The notes under the pieces were generated by a model that saw only the letters and a list, made by a program, of their open reading frames with translations, had not been told where the DNA came from and ran no database searches. Below, in pieces: positions 28,813 to 41,100 of a stretch of 64,000 nucleotides of DNA; the stretch's first letter is position 1, and every line of letters starts with the position of its first letter. The stretch spans positions 226,948 through 290,947 of IMG/VR virus record IMGVR_UViG_3300021979_000001, one strand, 5' to 3'. The DNA comes from a virus. Its lineage: Duplodnaviria; Heunggongvirae; Uroviricota; Caudoviricetes. A program made the translations under genes and the position numbers.

Positions 28813-31800
28813 ATGTCACAATCATACCGCCAAAGTGAATTATTTGCAGGAAGCGACTGGACCGTCCTGTATAGAGCATTTACGGAAATTAATTTCAATG
28901 CATCTGATCCTACCAGCATCAACACTGCGTTGCGAGAGTATATCAGACAAAATTACCCGGAAGATTTTAACGACTGGATCGAAAGTTCTGAATTTGTCGC
29001 TATCATTGATTTATTGTCATGGTTAGCAGGAACTCTTGCGTTCAAAACCGATATTGCGGCCCGTGAAAACTTTTTGGAAACAGCAGAAAGCCGAGAAAGC
29101 ATTTTGCGCCTGGCTCGGTTTTTATCATACAATCCGCAGCGCAATCAGCCAGCGCGTGGGTTGGTCAAACTGGTGCAAGTCGAAACCGACGACGATATTA
29201 CCGATGCATATGGAGTATCATTAAATAATACCCCGGTCGTTTGGGACGATCCCGAAGATAGTGATTGGTTTGAACGGTTTATTTTAATCATGAATAACGC
29301 ATTTGTGAAAAATAACCCATTTGGAACACCGTTACGCAGTGGCACGGTTTCGGATACTCGCACACAGTTATATCGCGTTAACACACAAATGAGTGATAAT
29401 GATTTCACATACGGGGCGCAAGTCAGTGGTGAAAGCATGGACTTTGAAATAGTCAATGCCGATTTTGAGGACAATAGTGGTTTCATCGAACGAACCCCAA
29501 ATCCAAATTCAGCATTCCACGTGCTATACCGTAATGATGGGAATGGTAACACCAGTTCACGCACCGGGTTCTTTTTATTGTTCAAACAAGGAACAACAAA
29601 AAAAGAAAGTTTTAATATTACCACCCCGATTGAAAACTTACTATTAGACATTAGTTCGACTAATGTTAATGAAAGTGACGTATGGGTGCAAACTGTTGAA
29701 GATGATGGGACCGTGTTATCTACATGGGAACCCGTCCCGGCCATTTTTAGTGAAAATATTACGTTTAACAGTATTGATGCTGATATTAGAAATATTTACA
29801 GTGTTGTTACCCGTGATGAAGATCGAATTTCAATTCGGTTTTCTGATGGTCGATTTGGTGCCGCACCAGTTGGTAATGTTCGTGTTACCTATCGTGTGTC
29901 AAACGGTTTGAGTTATCAAATACGGCCACAGGAAATGGACCGAATTTCCATTCCTATGACCTATTATAACCGTGCTGGTGTTAAACGAACAATTACTTTT
30001 ACTTTCTCGTTGCAGGAAGCCGTGACCAATTCGTCACCTCGTGAAACGGATGCTCAAATCCAACAACGTGCCCCAGCAGTGTATGCAACGCAGAACCGAA
30101 TGGTGTCAGGCGAAGATTACAACACATTCCCGTTACAAGGCAATAATTCGGTTAAATTGAAAGCGGTAAATCGCGTTTATTCAGGCCATAGCCGTTATAT
30201 TGATCTTAACGATCCAACCGGTAATTTTCAGGATACCTCCGTTTTTAGTGATGATGGTCTTTTTTATAAAGAGCCATATAATTCTTATACAGAAGTTCCA
30301 TTGTCACTCAACAGAACACCTGCTGAAATTGCATCAATATATATTCAACCGATGCTGGAATCACAATCCGCAACCAATTACGTTCGTGATATTATTATGA
30401 CTGCCTGGGAAAACGGCGATATTCCCGCATTGACTGGTGTTACCTGGGTGCAATCAACCGATTCTAATTACGGCGAAACCGGTTGGCTTAATGGTGCAAC
30501 AAATAGTGACATCTGGCATTTACATCCAGGTGCCCTGATGCTGGTTGCCGAGAATGGTAACCAACGTTGGGTTGGTGTTGCTGATGTAAATGGTTCGGCA
30601 ATCAATGGTAATTATTCAACTGGTATCGGTGCGGTTACATTATCTGATAATATTGCAAATGGGGCATCCATTCTTGGTATTTTACCAAGATATGCTGCAA
30701 TTATGACATCAGATACCGTTGCCACCATTATTCAATGTGTAAACGATAACAAATCATTTACACTATGGTATGACTATAACTCCTATTCGTCAAACACCGA
30801 TATTAACGCACACTGGGTTGTCGAAAAATCAGCCACAAATTTAATGCTTGATGCACAATCTGGCACTTTAATTAAAATATTAACGGCCAACTATGTCAAT
30901 GGCGGCATATGGCGATTATCCGCAAAGGGTATGCGTTTTATTTTTGAAAGTAAACGTAATGTTCAATGGTATTTTGAAGGGGAACGGGCTGTTAATGAGC
31001 AGACCGGCGTTGAACAGGCGGATATGGTTCGTATCATGAAGCTAAATGAAGATTTGAAAACAGGAACCGGGCGCGGTCTTGGAAAAGATTACGAACTTGC
31101 GATTGATGGCATGTATTATTATGGCGATGGTTATTCTGATCCGCGTCGGTGTGTGGTGACATTGAATGATTCCGATCAGGATGGTTTTGAAGATGCGCCC
31201 GATACTTACCTGAATGTCATTAGCCCAGAACCAAAAGATACATATCTTTTCTGGCATCGGGCATTAACCGATATTGATCCGGTTGGTGTATTTGAACCAT
31301 TTTATGATATGGTGGTTTATCCTTCGTATAATGACCGTGTGGGCGATGTGGCGGCACCGGTTGGGACCATAGCTTACCAGATCACAGGAAGCAGCCTGGC
31401 GTCAAATAACACGTTCTGGATGCTAACGGGAAATGGGTGGGTTGAACAACCTCATACTTCGTATAAAGTGGCGCGGGGGCGTGGCCCCAATGTTGCTATT
31501 AGATGGCTAGATAACGGAGTATCATATTCACCTTTAGGGTCAACCATTAATTTCCATTGGAAACATTACGCACCGTCGGATCATCGTATTGACCCGGCAT
31601 CTACTAATATTATGGATATTTTTGTATTGACCACAGAATACGATTTTAGAACCCGTCAATGGATTGCTAATGGGGCGAAATTATCCGAAATTCCGGTGCC
31701 ACCAACTGAATTGGATTTACGTCTTGCATATAGCGAATTTGACGATTATAAAATGTTTTCGGATGAACTGGTTTGGCGACCGGTTAAATACAAATATCTG

Positions 31801-32160
31801 TTTGGTAACGGAGCGTTACCAGAATTGCGAACACAGTTCAAAGTTGTAAAATTGCTCAACACAACCCTAAGTGATGGCGAAATAAAAAGTAGGGTTGTCC
31901 GGGCAATAAACGATTACTTTGATGTGACATTATGGGATTTTGGTGAGACATTTTATTTCACTGAACTTGCAGCATATGTTCATCAACAACTTGCGAACGT
32001 GATTGGCAGCTTTGTCATTGTCCCAATGGATGATGACGCAAGTTTTGGGGATGGGTTCGAAGTGCATTGTCGGGCAGATGAATTGTTTATTTCTACCGCA
32101 CAAGTCACTGATGTATCTATCATTAATGCGAATACTGCAACGAATTTGAGAATTAAATGA
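28813..32160 (+). CDS. Baseplate wedge subunit (gp6-like)
   Basis: DFNDWIESSEF, ENFLETAESRESILRLARFLSYNP, FSDGRFGAAP, QNRMVSGEDY and WDFGETFYFTEL. Confidence 0.9.
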   Translation: MSQSYRQSELFAGSDWTVLYRAFTEINFNASDPTSINTALREYIRQNYPEDFNDWIESSEFVAIIDLLSWLAGTLAFKTDIAARENFLETAESRESILRLARFLSYNPQRNQPARGLVKLVQVETDDDITDAYGVSLNNTPVVWDDPEDSDWFERFILIMNNAFVKNNPFGTPLRSGTVSDTRTQLYRVNTQMSDNDFTYGAQVSGESMDFEIVNADFEDNSGFIERTPNPNSAFHVLYRNDGNGNTSSRTGFFLLFKQGTTKKESFNITTPIENLLLDISSTNVNESDVWVQTVEDDGTVLSTWEPVPAIFSENITFNSIDADIRNIYSVVTRDEDRISIRFSDGRFGAAPVGNVRVTYRVSNGLSYQIRPQEMDRISIPMTYYNRAGVKRTITFTFSLQEAVTNSSPRETDAQIQQRAPAVYATQNRMVSGEDYNTFPLQGNNSVKLKAVNRVYSGHSRYIDLNDPTGNFQDTSVFSDDGLFYKEPYNSYTEVPLSLNRTPAEIASIYIQPMLESQSATNYVRDIIMTAWENGDIPALTGVTWVQSTDSNYGETGWLNGATNSDIWHLHPGALMLVAENGNQRWVGVADVNGSAINGNYSTGIGAVTLSDNIANGASILGILPRYAAIMTSDTVATIIQCVNDNKSFTLWYDYNSYSSNTDINAHWVVEKSATNLMLDAQSGTLIKILTANYVNGGIWRLSAKGMRFIFESKRNVQWYFEGERAVNEQTGVEQADMVRIMKLNEDLKTGTGRGLGKDYELAIDGMYYYGDGYSDPRRCVVTLNDSDQDGFEDAPDTYLNVISPEPKDTYLFWHRALTDIDPVGVFEPFYDMVVYPSYNDRVGDVAAPVGTIAYQITGSSLASNNTFWMLTGNGWVEQPHTSYKVARGRGPNVAIRWLDNGVSYSPLGSTINFHWKHYAPSDHRIDPASTNIMDIFVLTTEYDFRTRQWIANGAKLSEIPVPPTELDLRLAYSEFDDYKMFSDELVWRPVKYKYLFGNGALPELRTQFKVVKLLNTTLSDGEIKSRVVRAINDYFDVTLWDFGETFYFTELAAYVHQQLANVIGSFVIVPMDDDASFGDGFEVHCRADELFISTAQVTDVSIINANTATNLRIK

Positions 32161-35100
32161 CAGAAAAAAGAAGAATTATAGATCAGCTTCCCGTTGTTCA
32201 CCAAACAGAAACGTTGCGTAAGTTTTTTGCCGCAACCGCCGATCATTTATTTCAACCTGGTAAATCAACCCCATTCAGTGGATATATCGGGAGAAAACCG
32301 TCGTATTTTGATCCATATAAGGATTTTTACGTAACTGAACCAACGGCGTTGCGTCAAGCATACCAGCTTGAACCAGCGATGTTAAGCTACGATTCATCGG
32401 CAACGATCAATCAAATTCTCTTTTATGAGGATATGGTTAACAGTATTCGTGCAAATGGCGGTAATATTGATAACCAAAGTCGTTTATTTGATTCTGAATA
32501 TTATTCGTGGGCACCACCGGTCGATCTCGATAAGCTGTGTAACCCGTCGCAATATTTCTGGGTTGGTAATCGAGCAGAAATTCCCACAGTAACCATGACA
32601 TCACCATCATTAACACATCTTGGTGATGGTATACGCAATCAGTTTGCGATCCCCGACGTTATCCCAGGAATCGAACCTGCCCGCGAACACATCCAGGTAT
32701 TTGTTGATGGTAGATCGGTAACCTTTACCCTTGTTTCCGGCGAAGTTGTTACGGACGAGGTGCCAAATTCTGGATCAATGATTACAGTGCTTCGCTACGG
32801 TGATCTCAATCTGTTGTTAACTGGCTTACCCAATATTGACCCATCATACTTTACGGATCAAACAACGTATCTAACCAATGGCATGCAAGTGGTTCTGGTT
32901 GATGGTGAAACCATGTTTAGTGGTTTCGATATGCAGCCATTTGATGAAATCACGTTACCAAACCTTTTGGAAGGTCAATTCGATATTGGTGAAACACCAG
33001 ATGATGACTATTCGTTCGATCATACGCCATTTGATATTGGATTTGACCAATATCCGTTTGATACCGGAGCAACAAAAGCATACGAATTATCCGGGGTTGG
33101 TGAAGCAATTGCCCTAATCGAAATCGATCTGACCGAAAATCATGAACCGCGATATGTGGTAATGGATCGGGGGGCACGTGATGGCAACCCATGGTCTGCA
33201 AATAATTATTGGGTCCATAAAGACGCCATTTCCTGGGCGGGATCAGTAATATCGTCAAACCAAGCTACTCGCCCGATTATTGAATTTAACGGCAATATGA
33301 AATTATGGAATTACGGTTCACAAAAACTGAACCCGGTTCAATCAACATTATTTGATGATATAACAGTCATATTTGCTGGCGAACCATTAGTTCTTGATTT
33401 CGGTGATTTTATTGGTAATACCGTTTCGCAAGTCCAATTGGATAATCCACCATCTACTGTTATGCTTGATGGCGGATATTCCCCGGTTAATGGGGATCGT
33501 ATCCTTGTGCAAACCGAAACCTACCAAGGAATTTATGAAGCAAAAATATCCACCATTAATGATAATGGTGTGAAATTAATATTAACTTTCGAACTAACCG
33601 ATGATAACGTTGATATTGGTTCGATGGTAATAACCTCAATTGGTAGCTACTGGTATGATGGTGTCGAATGGCTGGCTAGTCAATCATTTGATGCTATTCC
33701 CCTTTTTGATCTGTTTGATGCTAATGGTAACTCTCTTGGTGATCAAAGCGTGTATCCGGGCAGCACATTTGCTGGTAGCCCGGTATTTTCGTATGCAATC
33801 ACCGATACCGCTACAACAGATAGTGTTTTGGGTCTGTCTTTACGTCGTAATGACTATGGACAAATCATGTTTGAAAATCATCTTGGCACTAAATCATATG
33901 AATATGATGGTGGAGCCATTCTTGGTTACAAATATTATCTTAATGATGGTGGTTTTGGTAATATGTGGCATTTGGCCGAAAAGCCAACATCACAAACTGA
34001 AACCGATGGTATTGCAACCATTCCGTTGAATTTGCAGGCAAACCCAGATAATGAAGAAGTAACTTTTATTTCTCGCAACCAGTGGTTCCAGCATTTCAAT
34101 TCAATTTTTGAAAATCAAGATGGATTTACCGGCCAACCATATGCGTCTAACAACTGGCGAGATACGGCAAAAGATTTAAGTCGCGGAACAAGCATTCTTC
34201 AACATCGTTCGCCGATGTTGAAAACAATGTTACTTGCCAGCGATGACCGGTTCGATATTCTTGATGCCATTCGATATGTTGAACAGGAATATAATCGATT
34301 CCGTGCCAAATTTACGCAGAAAATTGTTGATTTGAATAACATCGGGGAATTGGATGAAAATAATTCCGCCGACGAATGGGTAGATGCGATTCTAACATCG
34401 TTGAAAACAAACAAGACAAATGATTTTCCATTTGCGTTTTCATCCATGGCCGGGGATAATAATTTTATTCCGGCAACTCCGGCATCTTTTGGGTTATTGC
34501 AGTGTAGCCGCCCCGCTATTGTAACAGACAACACTTATACCACACCGGTTAATTTGATACGGTGTCATGATGGTAGCTTATTGCCCGCATTTAACGATTT
34601 GCGCGACAACATTATTCTGGCCCTGGAACAGCGCATATTTGACAATATCCCGGATAACTTTAAAGATGAAAGTCGCCCGGTATTTGATATTGCCCAATAT
34701 ATTGAAACCAAGTTTTTCAAACCGGAAACCGGATATACCCGCGCTGAATTTATTTCAATGATCGGCGTTCGTGGGGAACGGTGGGCACAATCCAACAGCC
34801 TTGATTATCGCACCAATGAAAGTTTTGATGAAACCAATCCGTTTACCTGGAATTATCGTGGAACGCTTGACTTGGATGGTGAACAAACACCAGGTCATTG
34901 GCGCGCAATCTATCGCTGGTTTTTCGATACAGATCGTCCGCATTTAACCCCTTGGGAAATGCTAGGTTTTAGTATGGCCCCGACATGGTGGGTTACAACT
35001 TATGGCACCGATTGGAGCCGTAATAACACCACCTTGTGGGATCATTTAGAACAAGGATATATTGCAGCAGGCGAACGGATGGGCATTGATGCTCGATACA

Positions 35101-38100
35101 GCCGCCCCGGACTATCCCGCATCATACCGGTAGATGGATCGGGTAAACTTATTGATCCGATTACTGCCGGAATTTTCCCAACTGCCCCAACCGTGCAACA
35201 AGCACAAAAGGCATGGGTCATGGGGGATCAAGGGCCAGTTGAAAATCTATGGATGCACACGCCGGGATACCGGTATTCCTTAGCTAGTATTGCATATCTG
35301 ATGAAACCGGTTCGCTTTGTGTCACAAGGATGGGATAGCGAAAATTTCAAACTGGTTCATGGATCACAATGGGTTAACGATTCTGATATTCGATCACAAG
35401 TCAAATCATTGTATGTGCATGGTGAATTGCATGATGATGGGCATCGTGTGATACATCTTGGTATTCAGCAATGGATTGCCGACATGATGGTGTCACGCGG
35501 CCAGAATGTGGATATTCTAGGCCAGGCATTGCGTGGAACCGTTGTTCGGCTTGCACATAAAGTGGCTGGGTTCACGTCAACCGATAATATGAGCGTGGTT
35601 GCAGATAACTTTGGTTTGGTGCCAAGTGAAGATATTACAATTGATCTTTATCAAAGCCCATCGATCCGAGAAGAATTTTATAGCGGTGTGTTGATTGAAT
35701 GGGTCGGCACCGGGTGGCGCGTAATTGGGTATGATGCATCTTATCCCGAATTTAAGATGTATGACCCGGATCGCAGTGGACCAAAATATATCATTTCCCT
35801 TGATAATAGCACACAGCCCGTTATCAACCCGTGGCGACCAAATGTGTTTTACACAGCCAACTCGTATGTTGAATTTAATGGATCGGTATATACAAGTAAT
35901 CGTAGTCATACTTCTGGGTCCAGTTTTGAACAGGAATTTTGGACTGCCGCACCAGGTGTTCATGCCTCGACAGCCCCGAAAGTGACAAAATATGGTCGAT
36001 ATACTGATGATATTATTGTCGTTCCATACGGGACTGTATTTGCTACACGCCAAGAGGTTTCAGACTTTATGCTGGGATATGAACAATATCTCATTGCACA
36101 GGGCTGGAAATTTAATGATGTGGATGACAATTCGATTCCTAAAGACTTTACCGCATCAGTCCGCGAATATTTGTCATGGTCACAAGTTCAGTGGGCCGAA
36201 GGAAATTTTGTAACCCTGTCACCGATAGCAGATCGGGTTGTGTTTGAAACAACACATGGGATGATTCTGAACACAGAACGCACATCTAATGGCATTTACG
36301 GTATGGTTAACCGCACCGGGAATGCAATTAATGCCAATGATACGACCGTGACCCGAATTGATGGTAATATCGAAATGGTAAGCCGTTATGGTGACATTTA
36401 TGGTGCGCGTGTTCGTATTAATGAAATCGAACATATTATGGTGTTCGCAAACATCACAATATTTGATGATATTATTTACCAGCCATTATTCAACCTTCGT
36501 CAACCCCGGTTACGCGTGCTTGCGCAACGCACGAGCGATTGGCTAGGACGGTTGGATGCCCCAGGGTATGTTCTGATTGATAATCAAATTACACCTAACT
36601 TCGATAAGCAGGCAGAAGATGTCAGAACGATGTTTGACATCGAACAGGCGGACAATAAGCTGTTGCGTAACCATGCTCGTCATCTAATCGGGTATCAGGA
36701 ACGCAGTTATCTCGATGGTCTGATATTGTCTGACACACAACAGTTCGAATTTTACCAAGGGGTTATTCAGCAAAAAGGTGCGCCTGGCGTATTCAACAAA
36801 TTACAACGGTCCCAATATATCGGGCAGTCTCGTGATTTGAAATTCATGGAAGAATTCGCAATCCGCTTATCACAATATGGGGCGGTCGCATTAAATAATC
36901 GTCTTAGTTTCCAGATCAAGCATTCTGATACACGGCGTGATCCACAAGTAATCCTGTTTGGTAGTGCCGCTGTTCGAGATGACGAAATTAATCTTACCGG
37001 GGATGATACTCGCTGGGTTGATCGGCCAGATGTTATCAGCAACGCATTTAGCCAACGCGACACATTTGATAATGTTGAAACCGATTTACCTACTGCTGGA
37101 CCGGTTCGTTTAACCGAAGTTGATCATACAACATTTAACCGGGACGGTGTATCCAGTCTTGAAATCGGTCATGGCGACCGTATTTGGATTTATGATCATT
37201 TGGGCACTTGGGACGTAGTTCGCGGGTTTTATCCAAGTGTAGATGACACTGAAAACAACGTCACCCATATTGATACTACAGCCGAAGATGAAAACGTAAC
37301 AGGAAGCCGTATCTACTTCGAGAATGCAACTGGGCTTACCAATAACATTATTGGTAAACAAATTGTATTCACAACTGAAACTTATACCACACCCGATCTA
37401 ATTGGGGTTCATGATATTGTTTCTGTTGGGAGTAATTGGATTGAAATAGATAACGGGGATGCTGGATATAATTTTGTCGATAATCCAGAAACGATACCAC
37501 CATCTGTGTTGGTTCTGCATTCAATGCGCGAAACAACGGCCCCAATAATTGATGGTGACCTTTACTACGATACAACCAACGAAGCATGGTTTGTTTCGCA
37601 AGTGGTTTCCGGTGTAAAAACCGTCATTCGAAATCGCCCATTCAAAATGAACTCGGCGGTATTCAAGCACGCCTTGATTTATGACCTTGAAAGTAAGATC
37701 ATTGATCAGCGATTAATGAGTGAACCACTTGTTGTCGATCACTTGAATATCATCGATCCTGTTTCTGGTTTTATTCCTGGAACCGCTGAACGTGAATTAA
37801 CATTCAAAAGTGAATTTGATCCAGCCAGCTATAATACAGGATCAGCGTTAACCCGTCCGGGAATGGCATGGGGTCCAACCCAAGTTGGGCAGTTGTGGTG
37901 GGATATGTCAACCGCTCGTTTTCTTGAAGTGGAAACCGACACTTTTACCGGTGATGTTACCCGTGATTCTGCCGAAATGCTATATCGATCAACATATTGG
38001 GGACAACTGGCACCCGGATCGTCAATTGACGTATATGAATGGGTGCGTTCCGATGTGCCGCCCGCTGATTGGACTACCAATTCCATCACCGACGCCACCG

Positions 38101-41100
38101 GCACATATGAAGGCGAGGTATATGGTGGGCAGGATAATGCCGCATGGGTCGAACGGATGGAATACGATTCCAACCAAGATAAACTGACAACGGTGTATTA
38201 TTTTTGGGTTAAAGGTCGCACAACAACGCCATATATTGCAGATCGCAAAATTGATGCCACCACGGTAGCACGTCTTATAAGCAATCCTGCGGCCCTGGAT
38301 ATTCCATGGATTGCCGCGATTGCACCGAATGCCGTTATTGTTGGTGGTGTGCAGCAATTCCTTAATGATACAGGAACAGTGTTGCAAATTGATCAGCGTA
38401 TCGGTGATCATGACAGCAATACACATGCCCAATATATGCTAATGCGCCCAAATGATTCTCGCTCACTTCCGCCAGAATGGCTATGGAACAAAATGCGGGA
38501 TAGTTTGGTCATGTTTGATGATTATTTGCGGCCTGTCCCTGATACAACATTGCATGTAACCCATCGCACCGGTATTCAACGGCAACCGCGCCAAAGCATG
38601 TTTGATACCGCGAATAATGGCGTTTTAAATGCGAGGCAGTCATTTGTTGGCTATTTGAATTATGTTTTTTCCCAGGATCGGTATCTAAGTATTCGCCCTG
38701 AAATTCTGACTGCATTCGATGCGGTGGATGAACCGGGTGATTATTTGTCATGGTCTAGTGAAGTTTCGGTTACTGTTCCGCCTATGCCGCGACCAGTAGA
38801 TTATGACTATAAAGTGAAAAGTATCGAAGAACGTGATAAACTTTTATTAACCGATGATTTCATTACAGCAATGTCTCGTAATGAAACTCGGCGTGTTCTG
38901 GTTGATGGCCTTAACGATACTTACCCCAATTGGAGCGTTTGGGTATTTGATCCAAATAATGTTGTTGGCCTTCCAGATGCAAATGATGTCGGGTTTGCTG
39001 TTATCATGCTATCTCTGGCAAATGATGTTTATCGTTTGGCGAAAAGTTATGATTATCAAGTTGAAACAATTGTGGATCGAAATGCATTAACCCCCGAAGT
39101 CGGTGACCGCGTATTAGTCAATGGCACAAAGGATACTGGATGGTTCTGGACGGTCTATGCATATGCGCCTGATCACGAGGATGCCGATGCAAACGGTTAT
39201 GTGTTATCACGTTGGCAGCAATTCGATTGTAATGATTTTTGGGAAGCGGTTGATTGGTATGCAGCCGGATATGGTGTGAACGATGCCCCGGCTGTTCATT
39301 ATCCATCCTTGTCCGCCCGAAATGCTGCCGAAGGTCAAGAACCGATTAACACATTTGTCCAGGTAGACAATGATGGATCGGGAAATTGGGCTTGGACCAA
39401 ATTTGAAGATGGCTTCTGGAATGTCGTTGGGGCTGGTAATGCGACACTTAAACTATCGGATGCATTTTATGATGTTTCTCGTGAGTTGGTTGGTGTTTCT
39501 GCATTCGATGGGGACAAAGTATCTAACCGAGACGGTAGCTTTGAACTTCGTGTCATGATGGACCAGTTACGGGCTGTAATTTTGACTGATTTGGAAATCA
39601 ATCAAACATTTTTCAGTATGCTTCACTTCATCCATTCGCAACAGGATCAGGTGGATTGGGTGTTCAAGACATCATTCTTGTCCGTTGGCGGATACAACGA
39701 ACCATTGATACAAACACCGGTAGAACAACCAGACAACACCCAGGATTTACTTGATTACATCGATGAAGTGAAACCATATCGGGTAAAAACACGTGATTTT
39801 GTTCGATCAATGACACCGAACCGGGATGATGCACTTGTGCATGTCACCGATTTTGATAAACCAATTTATTATGATTCGGCTCTTGGTCGGTATCGTCGTC
39901 TTGATCCATCAAAACCTGTTGACCTGGAAATTCTGACAACCCGCCAACCATGGAAAGATTGGTATGATGCGTTGATCAATAATCCCGAATTATTGCGCAA
40001 CGTCAAAGGTTCGATCAAGTTTGACCGGGTTACCGGGGATGATCAACCAACGTATTCTATCATCACAAGTGGTGATATGCTCGATACCCCAGATATGGTC
40101 ATCGAAGGCAGTGATGCAGATGATGCAGAATGGTTAATCAATCCGAATGCAAACGATTTGCGGCTACGTGATCCACATGCAAGTGGTCATCCAGAAGAAT
40201 TGATGCCTATTAAAAGCAATGATGGGCTATCTATCATTGTTAATTCCGAAGGGACAACCGGCAACCCGGATCATATCGTTCGTGTGTTTGATACAACATC
40301 AAGCATGGGTGATACCGCAAAACTAAGTATGGGTAGTATCCCACAAAGTTCTGATGCAGTTGCCGTGTTCCGTGATGGCATTCGTGCAACAGAACTCGAT
40401 GATTACACTATTGATCATTTTAATCGAGAAGTTACCGTTAATCTTGATTATGGTTCGGATCGTGCATCTCGAATTGTTATTCATTCGATGACATCCGGTG
40501 GAGCAACCGCTGTTGATGAAGAACATTATTACAATTTTGACGTTGATCTCAATTTTGAACTTGATACCGAGCCAAACGGTCGTCATGTTATTGTAATGGT
40601 TAATGGAGAAGAAGCATCTTATACAATATCTGGGACAACAGTAACACTGGATCATACCCCGGAATTGAATAGCGATGTTATGATTACCATGTTTGGGTAT
40701 GGTTCAAACTTTGATGTTCCCGAAGTCGGTTTTGATCAGGCCCCGTTTGATCAAACAGATGTCGTATTGGATGACTCTGAAATACGTGTTTACGTTGAAG
40801 ATTTAACATATAACGCAAACCAAACCTGGACCCTCGCTCACCCAAGTGACCAGCATGGTCCCGAACATGCAACGACGATAGTTGAAGTCGATGGTTTGCG
40901 CATTATGCCACCTGAAACGCATTATGTGAATATCACGTCTCAATTCCGCGTCATTGAACTTAACCGGAAACCAGATGATGTTAATAACATCGTAATCTGG
41001 ATTAATGGCGAACAGTATTCCGGTGGAATTGCGTATAATTCTGAATGGTCATCTATTTCAGATTTAATGTCGGATGACAACGTAACCGATAGTTTTGCCG

